Positions 61,261 through 64,000 of a stretch of DNA of 64,000 nucleotides are shown piece after piece. The stretch spans positions 620,001 to 684,000 of the forward strand of contig AP026155.1 of assembly GCA_030295235.1 (NCBI GenBank), given 5' to 3'. This DNA comes from Fistulifera solaris (taxonomy: Eukaryota). Every line of letters starts with the position of its first letter. The stretch's first letter is position 1. Made by a program: the position numbers and the translations under genes. The notes below the pieces were generated by a model that had not been told where the DNA came from, did not search any database, and was given only the letters and a program-made list of their open reading frames with translations.

Positions 61261-61559
61261 TGCGTTCCGAAAGCATTTCGACGTCTAAACGCATATAATG
61301 AGCAAACGTTTCGCAGCAAGTCTAATTCCTGACGTAATTTCATTGACTTTGAATGTGGATTCAAGTTTCGTCTAGTTTTTACAAGATAAGAAAATCGTTG
61401 TTGCGGAGACGTCTGATGCACCAGCATTGCCGATGATTCGCCAATAGAAAAACCGAATGACCGTACTTAAGTCTAATAAAATGAAGTGAGAGAAACAGAC
61501 AACATTATTTTTCTATATCGTGAATACACGCTTGTATAACCAAAATCTTTCAATCATGT

Positions 61560-62014
61560 TCAGAGCATGGTTGGGGTCGTCATGGGAGGTATCGCGTCGA
61601 TCCAGTATTGCATTTGAAAGTGCTCGAGTGTATCAATGACCATAGTACCATCAGGCATGACAACGTATCCGTATCCGAAGGCATTCAGTAATGCACCCGA
61701 AACCGCCACCACGGCGAGTAAAACGAACCCAAACAAGGACGAGTCAGCCAAGAAGAAGGATATCGCCATTTTTCGTTGATATGCTTTCTCGTCACTGTCT
61801 TTTTGATCTTGTTTGTACTAATCAGATCTTTCTTCTTTGTAGGTTGCATGGCTTCTTCTATTGCGGATGGTTGTTTCACGAAGCGCGTCGTCAACGGACC
61901 AACCGAGGCAGAACGCAAGGGAGGCGAAACGTGAAAGCTTTGAATCATTGTGGGTAAGCCAAACATTGCTAGCACCCATACTTTTAGCAATCGATGAAGG
62001 GGACAGAGAGGCAT
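61560..62014 (-). CDS. Small hypothetical membrane protein, probably plastid-targeted; frameshift near 61772
   Basis: MPLCPL...MIQS-FHV presequence-like start joined by an A-run shift to MAISFFLAD...GALLNAFGYGYVVMPDGTMVIDTLE. Confidence 0.6.
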
Positions 62015-62464
62015 CTTTGCAAAGGGATCAAAGGGTATCACTTTGATAAGAACTACAAAAGAGGAAAAAGAAGAGTCGTAATTCGTTCGTTTGACATTCT
62101 TTTTCTCCGCACTACTGTTATTCCGTCTTGACACCCAGGTTTGGATCCAAGATCCAAATTCGGTCGGCACATGAAATTCATACATCTTGCCTCATGGTTC
62201 AACATTTACTATATAAAATTAATGCACTACTTCTCCTTCAACCGGTATTCAACATCGAGAAGGCTGAAAATGCCGACCAAAAAGCCGAAACGCGCGACGA
62301 CGACAACACGCTGTCAACGAAAATCATGCACTATACGATTATGCTTTCATAATCATTCCAGCTAACCATGCAATCGCTAATCGAAATGTAAGCGTTTATT
62401 CCATCGTCACGGAAGCGCACGAGTTAAGTGAAAGCGCGACGACATTTCTCTCGCCTTGAGAAGA

Positions 62465-64000
62465 TCAGCATCCACCACAACCACCACCTCCGCAGCCACA
62501 CCCTCCGCAAGCACAGCCCCCATCGCCTGCACCAATCACAAAACCCCAGCCTCCGTCGCGTCTTCTACCCCGAACGTTAGGAAGTGCACGATTGCTGTCT
62601 ACTTGAGCAGGCTTACAAGTTTCCTTGATATACCTGCAATATAGAAAAATACCGAAATATGTGAGGCAACTTAGCTATCAAATGACACGCGCCACTAAAC
62701 AAATTCACATTGAGCTTACCCTGAGCAGCCTGCTGCATCACAGACATCACCGAGTGTATAACCCCCGGTCGATTTGCTGTCATTCAGAACACAATTCAGT
62801 GGGAAAGGCTCTACTATTCTTGTAGTTGCTGGAACGCCAACGCAAAGTCTTTTGTAAGGCCCGGTGGCATTGTACTGTACCCAAGCAAAGTTTTGACAGG
62901 CACGCAACATGTCCAAGACTTCTACAAGTTGATCGTGGACAATTGCTTCAACCGCCGTCGGCTTTCGAAAACACAACCGACAGGTGTCCATATCGTGTTC
63001 GTGCAATTTTCGTGTGGCAATTCGTACATTCACTTTCAACTTCTGCAACAGAATTAGGTAAGCTTCTCGAGTACAGAGCGAGAAGTACCCCTCACCGAGC
63101 GACGTTTTCCCAAACACATATCCATCTTTTTCAAGTGCACACCACATCGAGTTACAGCAATAAATGCTTTCGCCATTTCACCAGGGATCAGCCCGAATTG
63201 TGCGTTGACCCAAGGTAAGTCCCTAAAAACCTCTAAAGGACGCGGCGTCTGGGTATCAACGGCAGATGTTTCGGTTAGTAAATCCTCGTTTGGATCACAA
63301 CAAGTGAACTTTAAGCAATAGTATTCCCCTGGTGGTTCTCCGCGATACAAAGCGACATCACTCGAGTTGATGTACGGCTCCTTATATAGTTCTTGCCATG
63401 CTTCTTTTGTTTGTTGAAAAGCCATTTCTAAGTCGCTTCCAGAAGATCGGTCATTTAGGGAATCGTCATGATTCATAAAGGATCCTCGAATACGAATGCA
63501 ATCAGCTTCATATCTCGCAATCGAATACAAAATGTGAGTGTGCCACATTAGATCGATGTCGTAGGTCGGGACGATCATGGAGTCGTTGCCGCGTCCGCGA
63601 TGAAACGATTTTGATAATAGGAGAAACTTTTGATAGCGCTCAACAGCGTTCTGTAGGAAAGTATCATGCTTGAATTTTCTATCCGAGACTTGCCATAAGA
63701 ACTTATTTTGTTCAGTGACGGATGCTATGAGATGAAAACCGTCCATGTCGCAAAATGATTCGGTAATCGGCATATCAATTGATGGATCTTTTAAGTTCAG
63801 AAAGAATGGCTCACCAGGGAAGCGAAGATTCCATTCCACACGTGTTTCTACCGCTTCTTTTGTTGTGTCTTCCTCGACTTGAAAAAGAAACGGTGAGCAA
63901 ATCTCTTCAATTGAATTATCTTGATACTTTTGCAAGAGATACTTCCGATAAGGACCTGGCGCTAAACGATGACAATGAAATATCCAAGCCACATCAGGAG
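62465..64000 (-). CDS. Glycine-rich domain-containing protein (GRDP/DUF1399), 5'-partial; intron 62634-62719; frameshift near 63148
   Basis: AWIFHCHRLAP, QNKFLWQV, AVERYQKFL, IVPTYDIDLMWHTH, HDDSLNDR; last exon ends GGCACGGCGCGGGGCGGC* at 62467-62465. Confidence 0.9.

Overview
Gene-dense eukaryotic nuclear DNA, almost certainly from a diatom. Evidence: short GT-AG introns of about 70-150 bp, several signal peptide + 'A-F' bipartite plastid presequences, and diatom-typical families. About 30 protein-coding loci are supported: DnaJ, LITAF, DsbA-like, parvulin, JmjC, two tandem SLC13/TrkA-C transporters carrying an ACT-like insert, V-ATPase E, a PH-domain protein, NSUN5, COG3, BRO1/ALIX-UBA, a UreD-UreF fusion, a coclaurine-N-methyltransferase-like enzyme, a truncated alkaline-phosphatase-like gene, organellar AlaRS, an FAD-oxidoreductase/cyclopropane-fatty-acid-synthase fusion, two divergent paralogues of an uncharacterised plastid family, a DUF21-CBS-CorC transporter, DUF4079, a sulfotransferase-like protein, a 2OG-Fe(II)-ankyrin protein, an M6 metalloprotease, a tail-anchored Hsp70-like protein and a GRDP. 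About 18 genes carry single-base frameshifts, mostly in homopolymers, which best fits an unpolished long-read assembly. Most notable: (i) a possible eukaryotic furan-fatty-acid module (UfaD/UfaM-like fusion plus a second CFA-family methyltransferase about 8 kb away); (ii) two unannotated dispersed intergenic hairpin families (a GACTG-N5-CAGTC element with 5-6 copies and an 80-bp inverted-repeat element with 2 near-identical copies); (iii) a perfect 19-bp inverted repeat rich in TGACGT boxes between the two divergent paralogues; (iv) the enriched palindrome TACCWGGTA. Family assignments come from motif recognition by eye; no searches were run.
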